From contig OW569363.1 of the NCBI GenBank assembly GCA_937625935.1, positions 310,001-374,000 of the forward strand: a stretch of DNA of 64,000 nucleotides. The letters run 5' to 3'. The notes under the pieces are model-generated. The model saw nothing but the letters and a program-made list of their open reading frames with translations. It was not told the DNA's origin and did not search any database. Shown here piece by piece: positions 46,016 through 55,478 of this stretch. This stretch comes from Tetramitus jugosus (lineage: Eukaryota > Protista > Heterolobosea). Within the stretch, counting starts at the first letter, position 1, and each line of letters begins with the position of its first letter. A program made the translations under genes and the position numbers.

Positions 46016-48952
46016 TTAGAATGTTTCATATTCATCGTACTCCGAATTACTGGCGCTTGGTTCAGATGAGGCAGATGGATAGGGTTTTGGTCCTCCCAAA
46101 ATATCGTCATCCCCTGGGACAAAGTTGGAGAATGGATCAGCACTGGATAAAGCGGATTTGCCCTTGGTTTTTTTCGTCTTCTTTGAGGTTGAAGCTTCGT
46201 CTGCACCCTTCTTCTTTTTCTTCTTCTTAGCTCCATCGTCGCTTGCTGAAGCCTGCTTGGACTTCTTCTTTGTCACCTTTTCTTCGCCATCCTTCTTCTT
46301 TTGGGACTTCTTACCCTTCTTGGACGAAGCGAATTCATCGTCAACTTCTGGCTCTTCGTCTTGTTGTACAGGCTCGACCATTTGTTTCTTCTTTTTGACA
46401 GCTGCGAAATCATCGTCCTCATCATCTGATCGTACAACCTCGGGTTGCTCAGCGTAAATCTGTTGCATTCTTTCTTCGAGCATTAAATCCTCGTCAACCT
46501 CACGATTAATGTCTTGGCTCACTTCTTCATCATCATGATCCGAGTGTTGCTCTTCAGCGGCTGTATGGTCTTCCTGATTGACAGCTGGTTGTTCAATATG
46601 ATCGTCATCTGCATAAAAATCATCCATATTGTCATCAACAATGTCAACATGTTCGTTTACAGGCTCGACAGGAGCCACTTCATCTTCTGCGATCTCCATA
46701 GCTGATTGATCAACAGTTTCTGGTTCAGTAATGTGATCATGGCTTTCACCTTCTTCATCAATGGAGTCAATTGGGGCAATGGTGTGATGTTCCTCAACCT
46801 CTTCTTTCTCCTCATCTTCCTCTTCATACTTTATGGACTCATCGTTCTCTTCTTTGTTTTCAGACTTTTCCTGTTCGAGTTGTTCAGATTGTTCGGGTTG
46901 CTCTAGCTCTTCAGGTTGTTCCTTTTTTGGTGATACTGGAGTAGTGATCGTTTTTGGACTCGCTGGCTTTGCAGGTACTGATTTTGGTTTGATAATAAAA
47001 TCAACATCAACATCCTCTTCCTCTGCAAAGTCTGCACGTTTGAAGTCATCATCATTGGATGCTTCATCATCTTCATCATCACTCTCATTCTTTTGATTCA
47101 ATTTATGTTGATTGACCTCTTCGTCATCACTGTCATCTCCATAAAAATCACCTTCATCCTCAATTTCAAAGGTGGAGATGGCGGATTGTTTAGGTTGTGA
47201 TTGCTGGACAGGTGCAGGTGTTGGTTTTGGTTCCTCCTTTGGAGAAGGAGCTCTCACAACAGGTGCAACCTTTTCTTGCTTCACTGGTTGGGTGCGAGCA
47301 GGTTCAACATACTTCTTTGGTGTTTCGATTGCCTTCTTGTTCGCAAGTGATTTCTTGACTGGAGTTTTGGCTGCACTCTTCTTAGGAATGTACAAATCAT
47401 CATCATCATCAAGATCTGCGTCCATCATTGGTCTCTCTCCGAAATCGTCATCTGATTCAGAGTCAGATGACTCACCTTGGTTGACAGTTCTGGTATATGT
47501 GGTCACGGCAGTTGATGCTTGAGTATCAACATCGTCCTCCTCATCTCTCAGGAATGAGTCGTCGAGTTCAACAGCAAAAGCGTCAACTCCCTTTGCAGGA
47601 GTCTTGAGTTGCTTTGATGCTTGTGGCAACGGCTTTTGAGCAGCTTGATTTTTAGCTTGTTGTTGTTGTTGAGCAGTTGCTTTTGTTGGCGCTGGTGGTT
47701 GCTGTTGCTGTTGTTGTGGAGGGGGTTGGTTTCTCTGTTGTTGTTGTTGCTGCTGCTGTTGTTGTTCTTGAGGGTGAGCTAGTGCAGTGACAGGTGCAGT
47801 ATTGGATCTCTTGAGCGTGGATTGAGCCGGTCTGTTCACTAATTCCTCCGTAAACAAATTGTTCTGCTGTGGCCTTCTCTTTGTCTCCTTCATAAACTTC
47901 TTGAAGAGCTCATAATTCTGATTCATAATATTAAAATCGACTTCTTGCTCATTGCAATCCAGTTCCTCATTCAATATACGAATCTGTTGTTCCAGCGTTT
48001 GAATCTTGAATCTCAAGAAGGGCAAATTCAAATAAGTATACAATTCCTTCACACCGTAGCAATCCTTGGTCGAACACTCGATACAGTGCAATTTTCTGTC
48101 CTTGACCGAATGAATGTACTCTTGAATCATTGACTTTGTCACTACACGTTTATCATCACCCAGATCAACACAGTTCGCAACCATAACAATAGAAATGTTC
48201 ATTGGTACTCTTGGCACACTTCTCTGCACATAATCAAACGTCCACTTTTTCGTGATATCAAACACAAAAATAACTGCATTCGTATGCTTGTACACATCAA
48301 TGATATTCGCTCCCAGTGCATGAAGATGGTAACTGCCTTGTTGAACAATGTGAGAGGCCACTGTTGGGTCCATTCCCGAATGAATCAACTCTTGCTGTTT
48401 TTGCAATTGTTGTTGCGTCAGTGCGGCATTTCGATTCATAATTTTCTTTTGAATTCTGTCTGCCTTGTTGCTTCTCTTTCCAAAGTCATCACCACCATCT
48501 TCATCATCATCGTCTTCTTCTTCTTCATCATCATCATAAAAGCCTTCTTCATCGATACGACTTTCATCAAATGCACCGCGATGACTCAGAGACAATCCAC
48601 TACCTCCACTAGCACCCTGGTTGGAGTCTTTTCCTTCATCAACAACATCCCACACTTCCAAAACAACAGTATCATCCGTTGCCTTGTAATTCCAGTGAAC
48701 ATGAGCAGTTGTGATTTGAGTACTGGGTGCATAACCTTCATCAAATGGCTTCCCCTGTAACCGGTTGAGCAAAGATGTTTTTCCAGTGTTCCTATCACCT
48801 CGAATCACAACTTTCATATTGTATTGAACGCCCCTGCCCATTTTACGCCTCATGACTTGATCGAGGCGTTGAATCTCTCGATTCTTGAGCTCTTGGGGCG
48901 TTAGTTTTGGCTGATCAGAGCCAGAAAATATGTCTTTAAGTTTGGCAAACAA
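46016..48952 (-). CDS. RABL6: Rab-like protein 6 (RABL6/PARF), probable TTG start
   Basis: GVQYNMKVVIRGDRNTGKT, HWNYKATDD.V..EVWDVVD, IIDVYK, YLNLPFL; long acidic tail ending YDEYETF. Confidence 0.9.
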   Translation of the reverse strand: MFAKLKDIFSGSDQPKLTPQELKNREIQRLDQVMRRKMGRGVQYNMKVVIRGDRNTGKTSLLNRLQGKPFDEGYAPSTQITTAHVHWNYKATDDTVVLEVWDVVDEGKDSNQGASGGSGLSLSHRGAFDESRIDEEGFYDDDEEEEDDDDEDGGDDFGKRSNKADRIQKKIMNRNAALTQQQLQKQQELIHSGMDPTVASHIVQQGSYHLHALGANIIDVYKHTNAVIFVFDITKKWTFDYVQRSVPRVPMNISIVMVANCVDLGDDKRVVTKSMIQEYIHSVKDRKLHCIECSTKDCYGVKELYTYLNLPFLRFKIQTLEQQIRILNEELDCNEQEVDFNIMNQNYELFKKFMKETKRRPQQNNLFTEELVNRPAQSTLKRSNTAPVTALAHPQEQQQQQQQQQQRNQPPPQQQQQQPPAPTKATAQQQQQAKNQAAQKPLPQASKQLKTPAKGVDAFAVELDDSFLRDEEDDVDTQASTAVTTYTRTVNQGESSDSESDDDFGERPMMDADLDDDDDLYIPKKSAAKTPVKKSLANKKAIETPKKYVEPARTQPVKQEKVAPVVRAPSPKEEPKPTPAPVQQSQPKQSAISTFEIEDEGDFYGDDSDDEEVNQHKLNQKNESDDEDDEASNDDDFKRADFAEEEDVDVDFIIKPKSVPAKPASPKTITTPVSPKKEQPEELEQPEQSEQLEQEKSENKEENDESIKYEEEDEEKEEVEEHHTIAPIDSIDEEGESHDHITEPETVDQSAMEIAEDEVAPVEPVNEHVDIVDDNMDDFYADDDHIEQPAVNQEDHTAAEEQHSDHDDEEVSQDINREVDEDLMLEERMQQIYAEQPEVVRSDDEDDDFAAVKKKKQMVEPVQQDEEPEVDDEFASSKKGKKSQKKKDGEEKVTKKKSKQASASDDGAKKKKKKKGADEASTSKKTKKTKGKSALSSADPFSNFVPGDDDILGGPKPYPSASSEPSASNSEYDEYETF

Positions 48953-49132
48953 TTTTGTGCGTGTTTGTGGACTACTTTGGCGGTATGATGGTTGATTATC
49001 ACACACACAAGCAGTACGTAGGTTATTCAAAAAAACTTGTTTTTTTTTCTTTTTTGTTTCGCGTTTGTTTTTTTTTGGACTCGGAAGTCTTTGGCGGGTG
49101 AATCGCTTATTGGAGGCGTTATTCCGGTTTGG

Positions 49133-50152
49133 TCACTCGACTTGTTCAGTAATTTGATAGGGGAATGTATCTTGAAGAACCTGAGGTAGTTGAGCAATGA
49201 GATCAGGAGCTGTAGTGGATCTGTAACTCTTTTTGAATGCCTCCTTGGCACATTTTCTTGTCAGTGTGCAAGCGGCATAACATGCGTATACAATCGAGTC
49301 CTCAAGACCTTTTGGCTGAGTGTTCTTGTCCTTTTGATCCTCCTTGTTCTTCTTTGATCGCTCCTGTGACCAGTGAGCCCAATGAACAAATGTTCCTGTG
49401 ATGCCAGACAACACGTCTCCTTGTCCTCCAGATCTCCTCAACGATCCTTCCTCTTCGCACTTTAATGTTAACTTACCGTTGCTAATGAGATCAACAGATC
49501 CCTTCTTAACAATGGTTACATTACCCAGTTCATTGCACAATTGCTCCAACATTTTGGTATCGGCATCTTTGCTCTCATCATCACTGTTTGCTTTGTCTGG
49601 AAACACTGATTCATAGATACGCTTGTACTCTACAGGATTAGGCAATAACACTGTGTGTTTATAGCCCTTGATCAAACTTGGGTTTTGACTCACTAGATAC
49701 AAACCATCTCCATCAATCACCAAAGGCACTTCTTTCTCCTTGGCCTTTTGAATGACTCGTGATGCCACTTGGAGTACACTTCGATTCCTACCCATTCCTG
49801 GACCAATAATCAAGGAGTGCAATCTTGGGAATATCTCTTGAATCTTGCTCACAGAACGACTGACAAGCTTTTCGGTTTCGTCACTACTGCTTTCCTCACC
49901 ATCGTACAAGAATGGATAGACGATAATTTCAGGTGAGTAGCTCTTGATGGGCACAGAGGCATCCTTTGTACAGAACACAAACGATAGATCGCAACCGGAT
50001 CTCAATGAACTCTCCGATGCATAGAATGGTGCACCAGTGTACTCTTCACATCCTCCCAGAACAGCAATACGCCCGGCTTCTCCCTTGTGAAATGAATTGC
50101 TCAAAGGTGGAACAATGTGGCGTTGGATCAATTGTATGATGTTGGCTGACAT
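49133..50152 (-). CDS. NAXD: ATP-dependent NAD(P)HX dehydratase
   Basis: HKGEAGRIAVLGGCEEYTGAPF, IKSYSPE, IGPGMGR, VIDGDGL, RRSGGQGDVLSG. Confidence 0.95.
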   Translation of the reverse strand: MSANIIQLIQRHIVPPLSNSFHKGEAGRIAVLGGCEEYTGAPFYASESSLRSGCDLSFVFCTKDASVPIKSYSPEIIVYPFLYDGEESSSDETEKLVSRSVSKIQEIFPRLHSLIIGPGMGRNRSVLQVASRVIQKAKEKEVPLVIDGDGLYLVSQNPSLIKGYKHTVLLPNPVEYKRIYESVFPDKANSDDESKDADTKMLEQLCNELGNVTIVKKGSVDLISNGKLTLKCEEEGSLRRSGGQGDVLSGITGTFVHWAHWSQERSKKNKEDQKDKNTQPKGLEDSIVYACYAACTLTRKCAKEAFKKSYRSTTAPDLIAQLPQVLQDTFPYQITEQVE

Positions 50153-50373
50153 GGTGGTCTTTTTTCAAGATGCTATACTCCTTGATCTCAAATTGAGCTG
50201 TTTTTTGATCAAAAATTCTTCTTGTGCACAAATTTATTCGATTAAGGTCATTGATCTTGTGATCCTGCAAGCATTGATTATGTCATCAATGCTTTTTGAA
50301 ACCTCAAACGAATCTCAAGTAGATTCTCCTGGAGGAAATGAAACCGGTGGGAGATCTCCTCGAACCCTTGATC

Positions 50374-51774
50374 TCATCGATTGAGGCTGTTACCATTGGC
50401 ATTAAGGGAGTAGGGAGGACTCTGATACGAAAAATATTCTTCATTAATTCTTCTGGATTGGTCATCAATGATAAGACTGAAGGGATGTTGCTGAATACTA
50501 CCTCCACCACCTGAAGTTATCGAAGATCGTCCACTTAAGAAAGAGTCACTTCGCTTGCGCGAATCAATGACTCGAGGTGGAGAGCCCATATGCCGCGAGA
50601 AAATGATTAGGTTGTCATGCTCCGAATCAGACTCAGAGTAATCGGAAAACTCGTCAATCTGCTGTATTCTAGTCTTCAACGAAGGCGTCAAATAGATGAC
50701 GACAATGATGACAGGGAAACAATCACACACGATATCTACAATTGACACGAACACGTAGTAAGTGTCAATACATAGACTGTTATCCGTCGAAGTGAGAATA
50801 AGTAATGCCAAACTCCAAACGAACTTCAATGTAATGATAATGGACACAACTGTCATTGCCAGCTTCATTCGCTTTGTTTCTCGATAATTGAAATTCGATA
50901 TGATATCAAATCCAGCCCACATTTTGGACCTCGCGTAAAAGTGCCATAGAATCATGAAGCTAACGAATCCAATAATGATCATGCAATGCCATGAAAGGTA
51001 TATGATTGATAGTATCGAATATACATTTGCTTTCGAAATGGATGCTCGTTGATATACGGAACAAAGCACCATTGATAAAATGAGAAAGATCCATTCAATC
51101 GCATGGATCACTAGATTGACAATAGCGATACCAATCTTTGATTTGCGCAGCGTTCGTTTGATAATCACAATCCCGAGTCCATAGGTGTACAGGAGGTGCT
51201 GAGACCAATCAATACACAACATTGTAAATGCACTATAGTAACACAAGCTCGCATAATGATAAATCAAATATCCAATCATAAACACCAATGGATAAGTCAC
51301 ATAACCGTCATCCTTATTCAACACTGCATCATGCATTGTCATTTGCTCGTTATAACCACCAAATATGATCCTCAACAAGAAGAAAACTGCTCTTCCAAGC
51401 GCATACACAATCAACAAGGCATAAAATGAGCTCCTCGAAATACCAAATTTCCAATTTTTCCTCCCATGAGACAACATTCTCACTCGAACCAGCGAGATCA
51501 GTGCCCAAATCAACAATGACACAAACACCAACACCATGACACAACAAATGAACAATGGCAGTGCAAAAGCAGCATGTTCATGCCATTTACCAAACTGAAA
51601 CAGATCATGACAGAGAGGCATTTTGGCACGTGTTGCATTACCCTGAACAAAGTATGGGTTGTAGTGACCTAGTGCACTAGTTGTCGTGTGGTTGTGGTCA
51701 TACGAGGAGGGGAGGATTGCAGCTTTCAATAGTTGTTGAAGTTCTTGCCACCACCACAAGAATAGTTGTGTCAT
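50374..51774 (-). CDS. Seven-TM membrane protein (GPCR-like / THH1-TOM1-like)
   Basis: About 7 hydrophobic helices followed by a Ser-rich cytoplasmic tail. Confidence 0.6.
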   Translation of the reverse strand: MTQLFLWWWQELQQLLKAAILPSSYDHNHTTTSALGHYNPYFVQGNATRAKMPLCHDLFQFGKWHEHAAFALPLFICCVMVLVFVSLLIWALISLVRVRMLSHGRKNWKFGISRSSFYALLIVYALGRAVFFLLRIIFGGYNEQMTMHDAVLNKDDGYVTYPLVFMIGYLIYHYASLCYYSAFTMLCIDWSQHLLYTYGLGIVIIKRTLRKSKIGIAIVNLVIHAIEWIFLILSMVLCSVYQRASISKANVYSILSIIYLSWHCMIIIGFVSFMILWHFYARSKMWAGFDIISNFNYRETKRMKLAMTVVSIIITLKFVWSLALLILTSTDNSLCIDTYYVFVSIVDIVCDCFPVIIVVIYLTPSLKTRIQQIDEFSDYSESDSEHDNLIIFSRHMGSPPRVIDSRKRSDSFLSGRSSITSGGGGSIQQHPFSLIIDDQSRRINEEYFSYQSPPYSLNANGNSLNR

Positions 51775-51977
51775 TTATCTAATAGTGTACTCGACTGCAA
51801 TTAAAATCAACAATACATGGACACTCGTTCTCTGCGAGTGCACAAAACCAACAACAAGCTTCTTCTTTTCTGACCTAAAACTTCTCTTTCTGAATTCAAA
51901 TTCGGAGTTTTGTTTTGTGTGTTAAAAGCGATCACTTTTCCCGCCATTTCATTTTCTCCTTCCACCACAACAAAAAA

Positions 51978-53894
51978 ATGCAGTCAAGAAGAGTAACATT
52001 ATCGTTGGTCAAAAAACAATATTCTCTGTCCAACAGAGTTTTGTTTTGCAACAACAATCCACCTTCATTATTTGCTCTCCACAATCACCAACAACCCATT
52101 ACCCTCAATCATCAGACAATCAGAACGCAAGCAACAACAACTACCACAAACGCACATCATGATGCTGAAGAATCATCTCATCCTTCCTCCTCCCATCATC
52201 ACTCCAAACCCATCCTCAAACAAAAGAAAATGTCAAGCTACAATAGCAGAGCAAAGCTACCAGATGACATGCAAAACGTGTTTGAGATGATGTCGGAAAA
52301 ACAAATGGCACAATTGGAGTCACAATTACCACCTCCCACCATTACCTATAGTGAACCAACAACATTAATAACAGAAGAAGAAGAAGACATATCATCATCA
52401 TCATTTAATGAGAAGGAAATGATCAAAGTGTTTGCAGAACAAATGAACAACATTATTCAAAAAATCAATCCAAGTATCAGCAGTGAAATTAAGATTGGAT
52501 TGGCAGTGAGTGGAGGCATAGACAGCATGTCACTCTCCATTCTGATGTACAAGTGGAAAATGTCATTGCCATTGGCCGTTCAACACAAGGTTTCCATTGT
52601 TGCCATTACAGTGAATCATGCAAAACGTGAGGAGAGTCAATTGGAAGTCGTACAAGTCAAGCAATGGATGAAACAAAAGTATCAGTTCGACACACTCATC
52701 TACAATGTCAAGTGGCAGAATGAGAAGATCAATCAGGAAACATGCAGAGAAAAGAGATTGTCTTGCTTGGCTGATGCGAAGGCACGGTGTGATTTGAGTG
52801 TGATTCTATTGGGACAGCACCTTGATGATCAAGTCGAAGTGTTCTTGTATCGAATGGCGTTGGGCAGTGGCTTGCAGGGACTTTCAGGTGTTCCTGATGT
52901 GACTCATTTGATTGGATGCGATTTCGCAAGGCCTCTGCAGTTGTTTAGAAAGCAGCAATTGACGCAACTATGTATTGAAAACAATCAGCCTTGGTTGAGT
53001 GATCCGACAAACTTTGATCAGCACGAATTCCGAGGCAGTGTGCGCGCATGTTTGCCAAAGTGGGAGAATTATAATATTTCGCACGAGGAAATCATCCATG
53101 CAATGCATTCGATTCGAAACTTGGTACAAGTCATGAATCATACGATTGGAAACTTTATACAGACAAATGTTAAATTTGATCGCAATCTCGGCTGTGTTGC
53201 AATCAACTTGAATGGACTCTTGACGTTACTTCCAAAAACCCATGCTCTCACATTGATTGGAGCTCTATCACAATATGTGTCGAACAAGAAGTATGTGCCT
53301 AGAACTGCGTCTCTCGAAACTGTGTACAACTTTTTTAAGAAGGCACAAAACAATCGCGAACTCGAGAATACAGTTACTTGTGGCCTGTGTTTATTCGTTG
53401 TAAAGAGTAACACAATCTATGTTGCTCGAGAGCCAACACCGACCAAAAAGTCATCCACTGTGTCATTCAATTTTGAAGAAACAGTTCTGTTCGATAATCG
53501 GTACAAGATCACACTATCCCATCAGCACAAGTGGAACTCACGTGTCGATCGAGGTGCTCAGTTCGATTTTTGGCAAAATGGTGATTCTGTAGGCTACGAA
53601 GAAGATGCACATAGCTCAAGGGAACAAAACTATCATCAAAGAGCAAATACCTCAAACTCGTCACTCAGAGTGAGAGGATTTAAGGATAAAGATTGGCAAG
53701 TCGTCGCGCGCTCAATCTGGAACAAGACTAGGTACAACACTCCTTGGTTCTTGCGCTATGGAATACCTGTAATTGAAGATTCACAAGGTATTCTCGCGAT
53801 CCCTCTGCTTGGGTACAAGAGAAATAGAGATATTTATTGGAAGTGTGAATTCATATCAGACACCAATGTCATTCAAAAGTTTGTAAACAAGTGA
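51978..53894 (+). CDS. tilS: tRNA(Ile)-lysidine synthase, organelle-targeted
   Basis: PP-loop AVSGGIDS, VNH, GQHLDDQVE, GSGLQGLSG, RPL, DPTN; long N-terminal presequence-like extension; ATG at 51978 in AAAAATG context. Confidence 0.88.
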   Translation: MQSRRVTLSLVKKQYSLSNRVLFCNNNPPSLFALHNHQQPITLNHQTIRTQATTTTTNAHHDAEESSHPSSSHHHSKPILKQKKMSSYNSRAKLPDDMQNVFEMMSEKQMAQLESQLPPPTITYSEPTTLITEEEEDISSSSFNEKEMIKVFAEQMNNIIQKINPSISSEIKIGLAVSGGIDSMSLSILMYKWKMSLPLAVQHKVSIVAITVNHAKREESQLEVVQVKQWMKQKYQFDTLIYNVKWQNEKINQETCREKRLSCLADAKARCDLSVILLGQHLDDQVEVFLYRMALGSGLQGLSGVPDVTHLIGCDFARPLQLFRKQQLTQLCIENNQPWLSDPTNFDQHEFRGSVRACLPKWENYNISHEEIIHAMHSIRNLVQVMNHTIGNFIQTNVKFDRNLGCVAINLNGLLTLLPKTHALTLIGALSQYVSNKKYVPRTASLETVYNFFKKAQNNRELENTVTCGLCLFVVKSNTIYVAREPTPTKKSSTVSFNFEETVLFDNRYKITLSHQHKWNSRVDRGAQFDFWQNGDSVGYEEDAHSSREQNYHQRANTSNSSLRVRGFKDKDWQVVARSIWNKTRYNTPWFLRYGIPVIEDSQGILAIPLLGYKRNRDIYWKCEFISDTNVIQKFVNK

Positions 53895-54209
53895 AAACCA
53901 CCACCGCGATGTCGAGAAAAGTCTTCATTTCCCTTTCGAACTGATGTGGGTATTATTTCTGTAGATGGCTGATCTGTGTTTTTTGGTCTTGATGACATCC
54001 CATCAACTGTGTTTGCGGATTTGTTCCTCTTATTTAGGGAAAACTCCTTGCGAAAACTTGCTGCCAACCTTTCTATTGGTGACCTTACAATTAACAATTA
54101 CAATTCGCGGACAAACAACTCCCCCTTTGCTTTAAGAAGCGAACAGTTGTTGCTGCCAGCTTTTGCCGCAACATCCAAAAACATCCAAACACACCTATTC
54201 CCAACAACA

Positions 54210-55478
54210 ATGAGAGTTAACACCATTTTGTCAGTAGCACTCGTTTTGCTATTCTGCGTTTTGTCAGTCTACGCAAAGAGAGTTAGCGTTGATGACGTTA
54301 TGACCAAGGCTGAATTCTACAAGCAACACTGGGGAAAGTACCAAAAGGACTTTAAGGAGGCTGCTGCCATCTTGAAGACTATCTCTAGCTCTGATGCTGA
54401 CAAGAACATCTTCAAGAAGATCAAGGTCGACAAGATTTTGGGAGGCTTGAACAAGGTTAGCCAAGCTGCTGGTCACATCCAAAGCATCAAGGGTTTGTTC
54501 ATGGCTGATTCCGAAGCTGACAAGAAGTTCTGGAAGAAGATCAAGATTGACAAGATTTTGGGTGGTTTGGGAAAGGTCAGCGAAGCTGCTGGTCACTTGC
54601 AAACTATCAAGGGTGTCTTCATGGAAGATGTCGCAGCTGACAAGATTAACATTGGCAAGATTTTGTCTGGTGTTGAAAAGGCTTCTCAAGTTGCTGGTCA
54701 CTTGCAAACCATCAAGGGATTGTTCTCCATGAGCGATGCTGAGAAGATTAACTTCAACAAGATCTTGAACGGTTTGGGCAAGGCTTCCCAAGCTGCTGGA
54801 CACATCAACAACATCAAGGGTTTGTTCATGTCAGATGCTGAAAAGATCAGATGGAACAAGGTCTTGGGTGGTTTGGGCAAGGCTGCTCAAGTTGCTGGCC
54901 AAATCAACACCATTAAGGGCGTTTTCATGTCTGATGCTGAGAAGATTAACTTTAACAAAATCTTGAACGGTTTGGGCAAGGCATCTCAAGCTGCTGGACA
55001 CATCAACAACATCAAGGGTTTGTTTATGTCCGATGCCGAAGCTGAAGCTGAGAAGAAATTCTGGAAGAAGATCAAGTGGGACAAGATCTCCAACGGTTTG
55101 GGCAAGGTCTCCGAAGCTGCTGGACACATCCAAACTATTAAGGGATTGTTCCTGGCTGATGCTGCTGCTGAAGCTGAGAAGAAGTTCTGGAAGAAGATCA
55201 AGGTCGACAAGATCTTGAGCGGCTTGGGAAAGGCTTCTGAAGCTGCTGGTCATATCTCCACCATCAAGGGTTTGTTCATGTCCGATGCTGAAAAGATCAG
55301 ATGGAACAAGGTCTTGGGCGGTTTGGGAAAGGCTGCTCAAGTTGCTGGCCAAATCAACACCATTAAGGGCGTTTTCATGTCTGATGCTGAAAAGATTAAC
55401 TTCAACAAGATCTTGAACGGTTTGGGAAAGGCTTCCCAAGCTGCTGGACACATTAACACTATCAAGGGATTGTTCTAA
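54210..55478 (+). CDS. Secreted multi-peptide precursor (422 aa): signal peptide, pro-region, 10 cationic amphipathic peptide repeats
   Basis: ATG in ACAACAATG context; signal MRVNTILSVALVLLFCVLSVYA; ten units ending IKG(L/V)F separated by acidic spacers; strongly biased codon usage like PDHA1. Confidence 0.9.
   Translation: MRVNTILSVALVLLFCVLSVYAKRVSVDDVMTKAEFYKQHWGKYQKDFKEAAAILKTISSSDADKNIFKKIKVDKILGGLNKVSQAAGHIQSIKGLFMADSEADKKFWKKIKIDKILGGLGKVSEAAGHLQTIKGVFMEDVAADKINIGKILSGVEKASQVAGHLQTIKGLFSMSDAEKINFNKILNGLGKASQAAGHINNIKGLFMSDAEKIRWNKVLGGLGKAAQVAGQINTIKGVFMSDAEKINFNKILNGLGKASQAAGHINNIKGLFMSDAEAEAEKKFWKKIKWDKISNGLGKVSEAAGHIQTIKGLFLADAAAEAEKKFWKKIKVDKILSGLGKASEAAGHISTIKGLFMSDAEKIRWNKVLGGLGKAAQVAGQINTIKGVFMSDAEKINFNKILNGLGKASQAAGHINTIKGLF
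54402..55475 (+). repeat. Coding tandem array of about 99-126 bp units (10 copies)
   Basis: Recurrent GCTGCTGG.CAC...ATCAAGGG.TTGTTCATG..GATGCTGA.AAG; units 5+6 recur as units 9+10. Confidence 0.95.

Noticed and set aside
53976-54209. 78-aa N-terminal extension of the peptide precursor in the ORF track
   Set aside because: It starts at GTG; the ATG at 54210 has the typical A-rich context and directly begins a signal peptide
54402-55475. Regular DNA repeats with variable intervals, superficially CRISPR-like
   Set aside because: The repeats are in-frame coding units with synonymous variation; there are no unique spacers or cas genes, and the context is eukaryotic
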